DNA from: Ylistrum balloti
Taxonomy: Eukaryota
Assembly: GCF_031769215.1 (NCBI RefSeq)
Contig: NW_026782196.1
Location: 930,001 to 994,000 of the forward strand
Reading direction: 5' to 3'
Length of the DNA stretch: 64,000 nt
Shown here: piece by piece, positions 49,801 through 57,800 of the stretch
How the letters are laid out: each line of letters starts with the position of its first letter
How positions within the stretch are numbered: the first letter of the stretch is position 1
Position numbers and translations under genes: made by a program
Notes under the pieces: model-generated
What the model was told of the DNA's origin: nothing
The model's database searches: none
The model's input: the letters and a program-made list of their open reading frames with translations, nothing else

Positions 49801-52800
49801 TTTATAACTGAGTAGGACACGGTGCAGCCAAGATAAGTCTTCTCAATAGAAATATCGCATATAAGTCATTGCATATCTGATTGACCTTTTACCCCAAATA
49901 AAGCTAACAGCTCTTCGTGAAATTATTGTATATCTACAAGATTGTACAAAAGACGCATAAGTAAATAGCACATTTAAATACAAATACTGATTGGAAAGTA
50001 GAGCGAAACTTCATACAATGTTTAGTCCCTATAGAACTGGTCAGTTATGCTACATCATACAGCTGTTTCGTCCTTATAGGACTGGTCAGTTATGCTACAT
50101 CATACAGCTGTATTGTCCTTATAGGACTGGTCAGTTATGTAACATCATAAAGCTGTTTCGTCCTTATAGGACTGGTATGTTATGCTACATCATAAAGCTG
50201 TTTCGTCCTTATAGGACTGGTCAGTTATGCTATATCATACAATGTTTTGTCCTTATAGGACTGGTCAGTTATACTACATCATACAATGTTTCGTCCTTAT
50301 AGGACTGGTCAGTGATGCTACATCATACAGCTTTTTCGTCCTTATAGGACTGGTCAGTAATGCTACATCATACAGCTGTTTCGTCCTTATAGGACTGGTA
50401 TGTTATGCCACATCATAAAGCTGTTTCGTCCTTATAAGACTGGTCAGTGATGCTACATCATACAATGTTTCGTCCTTATAGGACTGGTCAGTGATGCTAC
50501 ATCATAAAGCTGTTTCGTCCTTATAGGACTGGTCAGTTATGCTACATCATACAGCTGTTTCTTCCTTATAGGACTGGTCAGTTATGCTACATCATACAAT
50601 GTTTCGTCCTTATAGGACTGGTCAGTTATGCTACATCATACAGCTGTTTCATCCTTATAGGTCTCGTCAGTTATGCTACATCATAAAGCTGTTTCGTCCT
50701 TATAGGACTCGTCAGTTATGCTACATCGTATAATGTTTCGTCCTTATAGGACTGGTCAGTTATGCTACATCATACAATGTTTCGTCCTCATAGGACTAGT
50801 CAGTTATGTTAAGGGATAAAAACAAAACTAATATAATTTTGTTTTGTATAAAAGCCGTGGACATGTTGAGTTACGTATCATTTGTAAAGAAAATATCTCA
50901 ACTCAAACTGACAAAAATACATATGGAGCATAATCTCATCTATGAAGTTAAACTTCAGACATTGCTGTTTTTCTCTTCTGATGTTATTTGATAGGTTGAA
51001 ACAATAGGGGACGCTTATATGGTGGCGTCCGGTCTTCCTATTCGTAACGGGACGCAGCACGTGACGGAAATCTGTCGTATGGCTTTGGACTTGCTCGACC
51101 AAATTTCAAGTCATACTTTGAAACACAATGTTGTGGACAAAGTGAAACTACGTATCGGTATACATACAGGTAAGTAAAGTTGATTAAGGGGGGACAAGCA
51201 AAACATGCATGAGCTTTCATACACATCGATGAAATGATCAAAACCAAATTAATAATAGCCTTAACCTGTTTAATAAAGCTTGGGATTCGGTTCATGGTGA
51301 TTTAGTCATATATATATACATAGAAACACAAATGATCGTAATCACCTTTTGTATTCAAGAGTTACACCCACATTTTTGTTCCCGTAACAGGTCCCTGTGT
51401 AACAGGAGTTGTAGGACTGAAGATGCCAAGATATTGTCTGTTTGGTGACACTGTCAATACGGCATCCAGAATAGAAACAACAGGCTCTGGTAAGTAACAG
51501 TGGTAGACAGTTCATTACAGTAAGGAAACAACAGGCGCTGATAGGTAACAGTGGTAGACCGTTCATTACAGTAAGGAAACAACAGGCGCTGATAGGTAAC
51601 AGTGGTAGACCGTTCATTACAGTAAGGAAACAACAGGCGCTGATAGGTAACAGTGGTAGACCGTTCATTACAGTAAGGAAACAACAGGCGCTGATAGGTA
51701 ACAGTGGTAGACCGTTCATAACAGTAAGGAAACAACAGTAGCTGATAGATAACAGTGGAAGACAGTTTATCATCGTATCACAAGGTTTTATTCACTATTG
51801 TTTTGTTTTTGTTTTTGGGGTTGTTTGCTTTTTTACAACATCTTCCACAAACGAGGATGATGTAAATGGCTTGTTTGTGCCAGAAACTGTTTATAGACAC
51901 TGAATTTTCTCACGAAACAATTAACTTGTATTTAGAACACGTATAAATTAGAGTAGAAGGCATGCGAGATTTGACATCAGTGGGAAAACATGAGTTTGAA
52001 TATTGATTCAAACTTTGAGTATTTCCGTGTGAACTAGGTTATAGGGCTGTCATTACCGTGGAATTATCAGACACTGAAAAACACCAAATTGAAATTTCCT
52101 TTGGTTTGTAGCGTTGAAGATACACATTAGTGAGGCAACAAAGAAGGCTATGGATGACACGGGCTTGTTTAACGTGGAATGTCGTGGGCAAATAAACATC
52201 AAGGTAAGGGCTCCATTTAACGTTACTAATAATACATCAAAATGAGTTTAAAAGGTTAGTATAAAATAAACATATATTGAATGTAAACTTAGTCTAACAT
52301 AAACATCTATTGGGCTGTAAACTTGGAATTATCAGACACTGAGATAAACATCTATTGGGTGAAATTTCCTTTGGTTTGTCGTTGGAAGTACACATTAGTG
52401 AGGCAACAAACATCTGTGGATGACAACTTGTTTACATCGTGGAATGTCGTGGGCAAATAAACATCAAGGTAAGGGCTCCATTAAACGTTACTAATAATAC
52501 ATCAAAATGAGTTTAAAAGGTTAGTATAAAATAAACATATATTGAATGTAAACTTAGTCTAAGATAAACATCTATTGGGTGTAAACTTGGTCTGAGATAA
52601 ACATCTATTGGGTGTAAACTTGGTCTGAGATAAACATCTGTTGGATGTAAACTTGGTCTGAGATAAACATCTGTTGGGTGTAAACTTGGTCTGAGATAAA
52701 CATCTATTGGGTGTAAACATGGTCTGAGATAAACATCTATTGGGTGTAAATATAAATCTGGTAAATTTAGCTTTACAAAACAGAGAGGTTTATTCCAGGT

Positions 52801-52948
52801 CATGTGATGTAAAATCTGTAATACTTTACTTACTGTAATACTCCAAGTTCAAATAGAAGCCTTTATTCTTCTATTTTTCTTATTTTAGGGGAAAGGCGCC
52901 ATGACCACCTATTGGTTGTTGGAGGAGGTGTCCACCATCCCGTACTGA
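23565..52948 (+). CDS. Receptor (membrane) guanylyl cyclase, natriuretic-peptide-receptor type, ~1033 aa, 23 coding exons: 23565-23811, 32520-32639, 33965-34255, 34526-34830, 35366-35501, 37078-37169, 39312-39456, 39810-39894 (TM), 40829-40931, 42183-42278, 43637-43714, 44278-44382, 44572-44643, 45950-46100, 46654-46794, 47127-47295, 47507-47653, 48376-48499, 49509-49577, 50995-51169, 51391-51489, 52112-52203, 52889-52948
   Basis: All junctions are GT-AG with consistent phases, total 3102 nt. Ligand-binding domain ([47 protein letters not shown]), juxtamembrane Cys pair ([12 protein letters not shown]), TM helix, kinase-homology domain ([39 protein letters not shown]), hinge ([16 protein letters not shown]) and cyclase domain ([38 protein letters not shown]) with the GTP-specifying Glu and Cys. 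The start codon is chosen by its signal-peptide-like context. Confidence 0.93.
24165..24725. repeat. 31/33-bp minisatellite, ~17 copies, cyclase intron 1
   Basis: aaaagtcgtgttactgagctgtaatgatctc and aaaagtcgccggttactgagctgtaataatatc variants interspersed. Confidence 0.95.
24825..26092. repeat. 51-bp minisatellite, ~24 copies, abutting the LINE 3' end
   Basis: gatataatattatcctgtttatcaattcagaccttccttccggtatagtaa repeated; produces the 17-aa pseudo-repeat ORFs. Confidence 0.97.
26093..30179 (-). mobile_element. 5'-truncated, decayed non-LTR retrotransposon (LINE) with APE endonuclease and reverse transcriptase, in cyclase intron 1
   Basis: Broken ORFs show APE motifs ([17 protein letters not shown]), KPYWNKQL, and RT motifs ([49 protein letters not shown]). 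The 3' end has AATAAA plus an (AAT)n tail near 26093-26110. Probable ~11-bp TSD ccttccggtat (26082-26092) / ccatccggtat (30180-30190). Confidence 0.88.
27432..27778. mobile_element. Non-autonomous DNA transposon (MITE) nested in the LINE; ~50-bp TIRs, 6-bp TSD CTTCAA; IS3EU-like termini
   Basis: The left end tatggtggctgatatgtgccatttc...ttttcgccgcgaaa matches the reverse complement of the right end (...gaaatggcacatatcagccaccata). cttcaa occurs at 27426-27431 and 27779-27784. Internal tttgtcgttatttcgc repeats. TAY...RTA termini with a 6-bp TSD fit my recollection of IS3EU. Confidence 0.88.
30700..31305. repeat. 60-bp minisatellite, ~10 copies
   Basis: tttaaatgaccatcgcactcaacgtcaaaacacaaattattgataatttaactaaataga repeated. 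Confidence 0.95.
31846..31886. repeat. (TA)n(TG)n microsatellite
   Basis: Direct reading. Confidence 0.9.
32935..33470 (+). ncRNA. Tandem array of 12 x 45-nt minimal type I hammerhead ribozyme motifs in cyclase intron 2, sense orientation
   Basis: Unit 32977-33020 reads GCAUCA-CUGACGA-GUC guagaag GAC-GAAA-C agcu G-UA-UGAUGU: stem I 6 bp, intact CUGANGA/GAAA core, stem II 3 bp, stem III 2 bp with palindromic AGCU loop, GUA cleavage triplet. Cores are intact in the units starting at 32977, 33112, 33292 and 33427. Confidence 0.88.
33768..33811 (+). repeat. Solitary degenerate hammerhead-like copy, 341 nt downstream of the last array unit
   Basis: tcatca ctgacgt gtc...atc gaaa attct gta tgatgc, followed by the same flank (tttaattcattattt) as the last array unit. 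Confidence 0.6.
39713..39828 (+). repeat. 58-bp tandem duplication spanning the 3' splice site of the cyclase TM exon
   Basis: aagaatgtttaacg(a/g)acaccttgtatctttctgtttattag|atttttcatacgaact occurs twice, with acceptor AGs at 39750-51 and 39808-09. Confidence 0.95.
40240..40600 (-). mobile_element. Decayed Penelope-like-element reverse transcriptase core fragment in cyclase intron 8
   Basis: [14 protein letters not shown]...GIRMRTNC...[13 protein letters not shown]...IYPPEL aligns by eye to the PLE-type RT pattern FLIDNIFV...GIPMGTNC...FRYIDDVLS...IYP.EL, with the catalytic DD mutated. Confidence 0.7.
40909..41539 (+). repeat. 41-bp minisatellite (~15 units) made of the last 23 nt of cyclase exon 9 plus its GTAAGT donor
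   Basis: acagcatgtctgtaggatcagtg|gtaagtaaccgccttgtt repeated; the first unit is the real exon end. Confidence 0.95.
44120..44210. repeat. (AAAT)n-like low-complexity tract
   Basis: Direct reading. Confidence 0.8.
48244..48287 (+). repeat. Solitary degenerate hammerhead-like copy in cyclase intron 17
   Basis: gcatta ctggcga gtc ccagaag gac gaca c agtt gta cgatgc has A6->G and A14->C. It shares the downstream flank (aatttaat..att.ttt...tct) and the upstream ggttcagaatatacac (48066 vs 33639) with the intron-2 copies. Confidence 0.65.
50011..50806 (-). repeat. ~17-18 x 45-bp tandem array of the same hammerhead-derived unit, antisense to the cyclase pre-mRNA (intron 19); most units carry G8->C (CUGACCA)
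   Basis: The reverse complement of the unit is agctgtatgatgtagcataaCTGACCAGTCctataagGACGAAAC, differing at about 4 of 45 positions from the intron-2 unit. Confidence 0.88.
51474..51768 (+). repeat. 51-bp minisatellite (~6 units) made of the last 16 nt of cyclase exon 21 plus intron start
   Basis: gaaacaacaggc(t/g)ctg + gtaagt/ataggt + aacagtggtagaccgttcattacagtaag. Confidence 0.93.
52323..52560 (+). pseudogene. Degenerate tandem copy of cyclase exon 22 and its flanks (pseudo-exon ~52380-52468)
   Basis: Near-identical copy offset by ~264 nt. The acceptor AG is deleted (tttgt--cgttgg vs tttgtagcgttg), there are internal indels, and the donor aag|gtaagg is retained at 52469. Confidence 0.8.
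52550..52752. repeat. 33-bp minisatellite, ~6 copies
   Basis: aaacatctattgggtgtaaacttggtctgagat repeated. Confidence 0.92.
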
Positions 52949-53599
52949 AAATGTTCTCAAGGTTTTAATGCATTTTATGTTGGAGGAGGCGACACTTTCT
53001 CCAACATAAAATGCATGTTCTCTAGGTTTTATTGCATTTGATATTGGATAAACATTTCTTCGGCAGTTTTCAACAATGTCAAATTTGATAAAGTAATGAA
53101 GTGATGAAAAGATACCTCAACGCTCCATGATAATAGACATAACCAAAATCTCGCTAATTTGATCTGTCTGTCAATGTCTTATTTGTGTATCGGTGACTTA
53201 TCATTTGTTGATAAGCAGGAACATTTTAATTTATAACATTGTGATGATAGAATATTGCATGAAGTAGATCATTTCAAAATCCTATCAATATTAGTGACGT
53301 GTAGCTAATACATATGAAGGTATTTATTGACTGGTTGTGGTATTCACTAATATTTACACCACCAACACACCAAAGTGAATAACGTCCGTACTGTGGACAT
53401 AGACACGTTGATAGTGCTACGTTCATTCCATTTGTTAGATCACTCTGTCGATCACAGAGAATTCGTTTTAGTTTATATCAAGATATTTTTGGTATGAGAC
53501 AGCAACACGAGCATGGAATGTGAAAACAAGATTTACACGATCTTATTTTGGCATTATTGTCAGTAAGAATGAATTTAATAAGAAGAATGTGACTAAAAA

Positions 53600-53760
53600 G
53601 CGTTTAATTGCAGATGATGAAGAATTTTATTCTCCTTGTACTTTTTCTCGGGAGTCTCCGTGTAAATCTTACTTTAGTTGATAATTTGGTCTAGTTTTAC
53701 TTAATTTGATTTTGGATTATGATTATGTTCACGTGTTGATATTTTCTTTTCGTTTTTGGG
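53600..53760 (+). mobile_element. Degenerate 3'-end copy of the same RT-element family
   Basis: ggagtctccgtgtaaatct...ctagtttt...ttggattatgattatgtt matches 973-1030 and 12345-12430. Confidence 0.5.
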
Positions 53761-53939
53761 ATAATTTTACTTGTCTTAGACGTGATATTTTTTATTCGAT
53801 ATAACATCCTTTGGCAATTTAGGTAATGTTTTCTTCCTTCTATCGATCCAAATCACATTTATTTTGGCATGTAAATCTATGCATAGTAGGTTTTTCTTCA
53901 AATCTTTCATTCTTATTGCAAAATATGTCAGAGTAACAT

Positions 53940-54340
53940 TTAACAATCTTCATCCGTCTTTCTGTCATAATCTTCATTTCTATCCGTCTTTCTGTCATAA
54001 TCTTCATTTCTATCCCTCTTTTTGTCGTTATCTACAATTTTTTATTCATCCTTTTTTCATATTCTACTTTCGTTTGTCTTTTCGTAATCTACATTTTGAA
54101 CACTTTTTGTCGTTATCTATATTTTTGACGTCTTTCTGTCTTAATCAACATTTTTATCTTTTTGTCTTAATCTACATTTTTCATTCTTTAGTTTTGTCGT
54201 AATCTACATTTTTAGACGTCTGTCTTAATCTACATTTGTATATGTGTTTCAATTTTAATCTAAATGTTTCAGTCGTATCTTTTTTTTTTTTTTTTGTCGT
54301 ATTCTATATTTTAATCCATCTCTTTGTCGTCATCTGCATT
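53940..54340. repeat. Degenerate pyrimidine-rich short-period repeat
   Basis: Recurrent tcataatcttcatttctatccgtctttctg and ttttgtcgtaatctacattt motifs. Confidence 0.7.
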
Positions 54341-54459
54341 TCTTATTCAAACAAATAGAATGCGGTATCTTTTAGACCTACGACTGTTTACGAGGTAGAC
54401 TACCAATCTGAAATTTTGTCTCACTGTGCTTACTTTTCTGACTTGCAATGGCCGTTACA

Positions 54460-54668
54460 TTGTATAAAGTCTTGATTGTTTATAACTATAAATTTTACTT
54501 ATTCTACAACAATTGCGAAACACGCTTGGCCCGGATGTAAGCACGGGAAGGGTCTTATTGTGGGAGGAAACTGGAGTACCCAGGGAAAACCTTTCCACGT
54601 CCGTTTCAGGAGTCGAACCTCGGGCGGCTAGGTGAAAGGCGAGTGCGTTACCATTGCACCGCCCGACC
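54460..54668 (-). mobile_element. tRNA-derived SINE with a conserved central domain
   Basis: The reverse complement begins GGTCGGGCGGTGCAATGGTAACGCAC (box A-like) with GGTTCGACTCC (box B, 54609-54619). It continues GGTTTTCCCTGGGTACTCCAGTTTCCTCCCAC, a core I recall from V-domain-type SINEs, and ends in an AT-rich tail. Confidence 0.8.
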
Positions 54669-57159
54669 ATCCATTAATTGTTTATACGTCGCCGTCAGAC
54701 ATGTAAATGGCGTTTATGCCTATTGATTTTACTTTGGAACAAAAATGTAGGACAGGTGCTTCAATTAGCGAGGTTATTCCTATTGATCATCACGTACTCG
54801 TGTTATTAATGAACAAGTCATCAGAAGAATCTATCGTTTACATACCATAGCTAATCATCTAAAGTACTGTTAATACATCTGTATACAGTGTTATACCGAA
54901 ACGTTTCCCTAATCAGGTCTATCTGGTGTGACCAATTAACAAGAAAACAGTCGATCCTAGCGAATGTTTAAGTTTGATTTGGTATATGTCGGTGGCTTTA
55001 CCATATTCTTATATTCAACAACGAGTAAGAACAGCGGCATCCGAAAGTACAGACATGGGATACGAAACTTAAAAAAAAAAACACCAGAAAACAAAAACAA
55101 AAAAAAAGTTTTGAAAATTTTATAAAAAGTTGTACGAAATAAAAAGACAATAACAAAATTACTTAAGTTTGCAGTACAGTAACAGTCATGTTGACAAGAA
55201 AAAGCGTCACCTGAAGACTAATGAAGACAAAGCTTACTGGTTCATATGAACAACACTTCGCCTGCCCCAACATTTGCGTGTTTCACGTGGGATCTAGCAA
55301 GCAGACAATCATTAGCACTGGTCTGTTAATGGCAACATCCTAACAAAGTGGATTTAAAATGGCTACATTCCGGATGTTGTCCAATCTTCATCCCATCTGT
55401 ATTTATACAAGGACGATCCTTATGGTTTATAAATTTGTTAACGTCTAATCAGAGTAAATGTCACGTTTTACGTTTAATCTTAAACGGGTTCATTCATTGT
55501 GTCCTTCTAATAGTTTAGAACAATAATTGCTCCAAGCAACACAAATAAATTGCTATCGGTAGGAAGTTATAAAACAATTGAGGTTACACAGTAATTTAAA
55601 TGCTTTAATGCCAAATTTAATGGGTAATCGCGTGACTTTTCTTGCAACTAGATGTAATTCAAAGACGTAATACGGGGACAACTCTATAATATAAAATGTA
55701 AGGCTACTCACGGAAAAGCGATAGCATTACTCAACACAAAGGTGTCTTTTTTGCTATTATCTTACAAGACGTCCCGTAAGCTCCGATCCAGAAAGTACAT
55801 GTATGTTATACAGTTAAGTATATGTTGTTTCTAGAAATTGCGTATTTTGGCGTCCACGTTGATGTTCTTCCTTTTTCCAGATAACGGAGAAATTTAAAGG
55901 TGTATGTTCAATGTACGTAGTCTAGCTTGCAATGAAGCAAAAATGCTTAATTTGTAGTCAACTCTGTTATACATAGACTTATGCAGTATAGTAATACAGA
56001 GGAGTCACATAGTATCTTACAAATACAATTATATTGTAGGCAAGAGATTTTGGGATGGGGAAATTCTATTCGGGATGGAACTTGAATTTGAATTATCGCC
56101 GAACTTTAAAAAGAAGATTCCGAACTCCGATTTAGTTATGTCTCTGCTTTACCTCAGTAACTCCACAGTGATATTTCGAAAGCAACAAAAAAAGTTATCG
56201 ACTTTAAAGTTCAGTACGTCATGTAAAAAAAAAAAAAAAAAAACGATGAATGTGTCAGAAAAGATAAAAAAAAAAAAAAGCCTGAGGGATCTTGGTAATA
56301 CCATTGTTTGATCGTTGTGTTCTGTGAAAGTTTGACCGTCTCTCTTCTTCTGTGTTCTTGCTCATTAGTATACGACATCTGAAACTTCTTCTCAAGAAAG
56401 AGCGACAAAAACTTTCACTATAAAATAAAATATAATCGCTTGTCTGTCATGTTTATTATCAGTCCAAAAATGAAAGAAAAACACAACTAGAGACCAAAGG
56501 GAATCTATATAAGATCCATCCTATCCTTCTCAAGAAATAACTATAAAATTTCGTCGTCAAAATCCAATATGGCTACATGAGAGCCATTTTATTTTTTACT
56601 GCTAAATCGAAAATCAGCAGGACACAACTAGCCCCCAGCGGCACCAAATCTGAAATTGAGAAGATAAAAAGAGCCATCTATTACTTTTCAAGAAACAGCA
56701 ATAACAAGAATTGCTTAAGGAGTGATGACAGACAAATAACAGATGCAGGGTGATTTACACAGCTCACCATCTGATGAGAATGGGTAAACAATATAGTGTT
56801 TTTTTTTAATCAAAGCGTTGTTGGAAACCCTGTATCATTATTTCATTTTCAAGGTAGGACTATGTTTCTGCCATCCTTTGCCTTGGTATTCCCACCAGAA
56901 ATCTGTGAATGTAAATGGTTATGGCAGTCAACTTTGTGCCTTAAATTTCTACATACTTATTCATACAGCTACCTTAGTTACCACTGGAGAACAATCCTAA
57001 ATACTAAATCCAGAAATTTGTATAAATATTACCCAACACCCAATACATCTTCAATGAAGCTTCAATAATATCCCCTTAGTAGTTCTAAACAAATATACTT
57101 GTAAAAACTTCTCATATAAACAACCATACTGGTTACTGATGATATTTAAAAAGCCCTAG

Positions 57160-57445
57160 ATAAGATGATAATGTATTTATAAAGATACCAAGCTATAGTC
57201 TGTTTTGAAATCCCTATATAAGATGATAATGTGTTTATATAAGATACCAAGCTATAGGCTGTTTTGAAATCCCTATATAAGGTGATAATGTGTTTATATA
57301 AGATACCAAGCTATAGTCTGTTTTGAAATCCCTATATACGGTGATGTGTTTATATAAGATACCAAGCTATAGGCTGTTTTGAAATCCCTATATAAGGTGA
57401 TAATGTGTTTATATAAGATACCAAGCTATAGGCTGTTTTGAAGGT
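57160..57445. repeat. 59-bp minisatellite, 5 copies
   Basis: gataccaagctata recurs at offsets 59, 59, 56 and 59. Confidence 0.92.
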
Positions 57446-57469
57446 CATGATGTTCATTATATTTTACTA

Positions 57470-57800
57470 AAGCTTTTTGAAATTTTGTGATGTAACCTGG
57501 TGTAACATTAATTTTGTATTACCTCCCCTTACCTAAAATCTTTAGTGTTAAAGCATTACTAATGCTTTTTAAAAATAGTGTGATGTAATCTGGTGTGACA
57601 TTGATTTCGTATTACCTCCCCTTATCTAACATCTTTGGTGTTAAAGCATTACTAATTCTTTTTAAAATAGTGTGACATTGATTTTGTATTACCTCCCCTT
57701 ATCTAATATCTTTGGTGTTTAAGCATCACTAATGCTTTTTGAAACTGAGTGACGTAATCCGGAGTGACACTGATTTTGTGTTACCTTCCCTTACCTAATG
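57470..57800. repeat. Diverged ~77-93-bp tandem repeat, ~4 copies
   Basis: acattgatt..gtattacctcccctta.ctaa.atcttt.gtgtt.aagcat recurs. Confidence 0.8.

Noticed and set aside
54595-54668. Possible tRNA gene
   Set aside because: It has box A/B, but the acceptor stem does not close and it continues into a SINE core and tail.
56629-56645. CTCF-like motif tagcccccagcggcacc between convergent genes
   Set aside because: It is a single short partial match with a gap relative to the consensus and cannot be supported without ChIP or conservation data.
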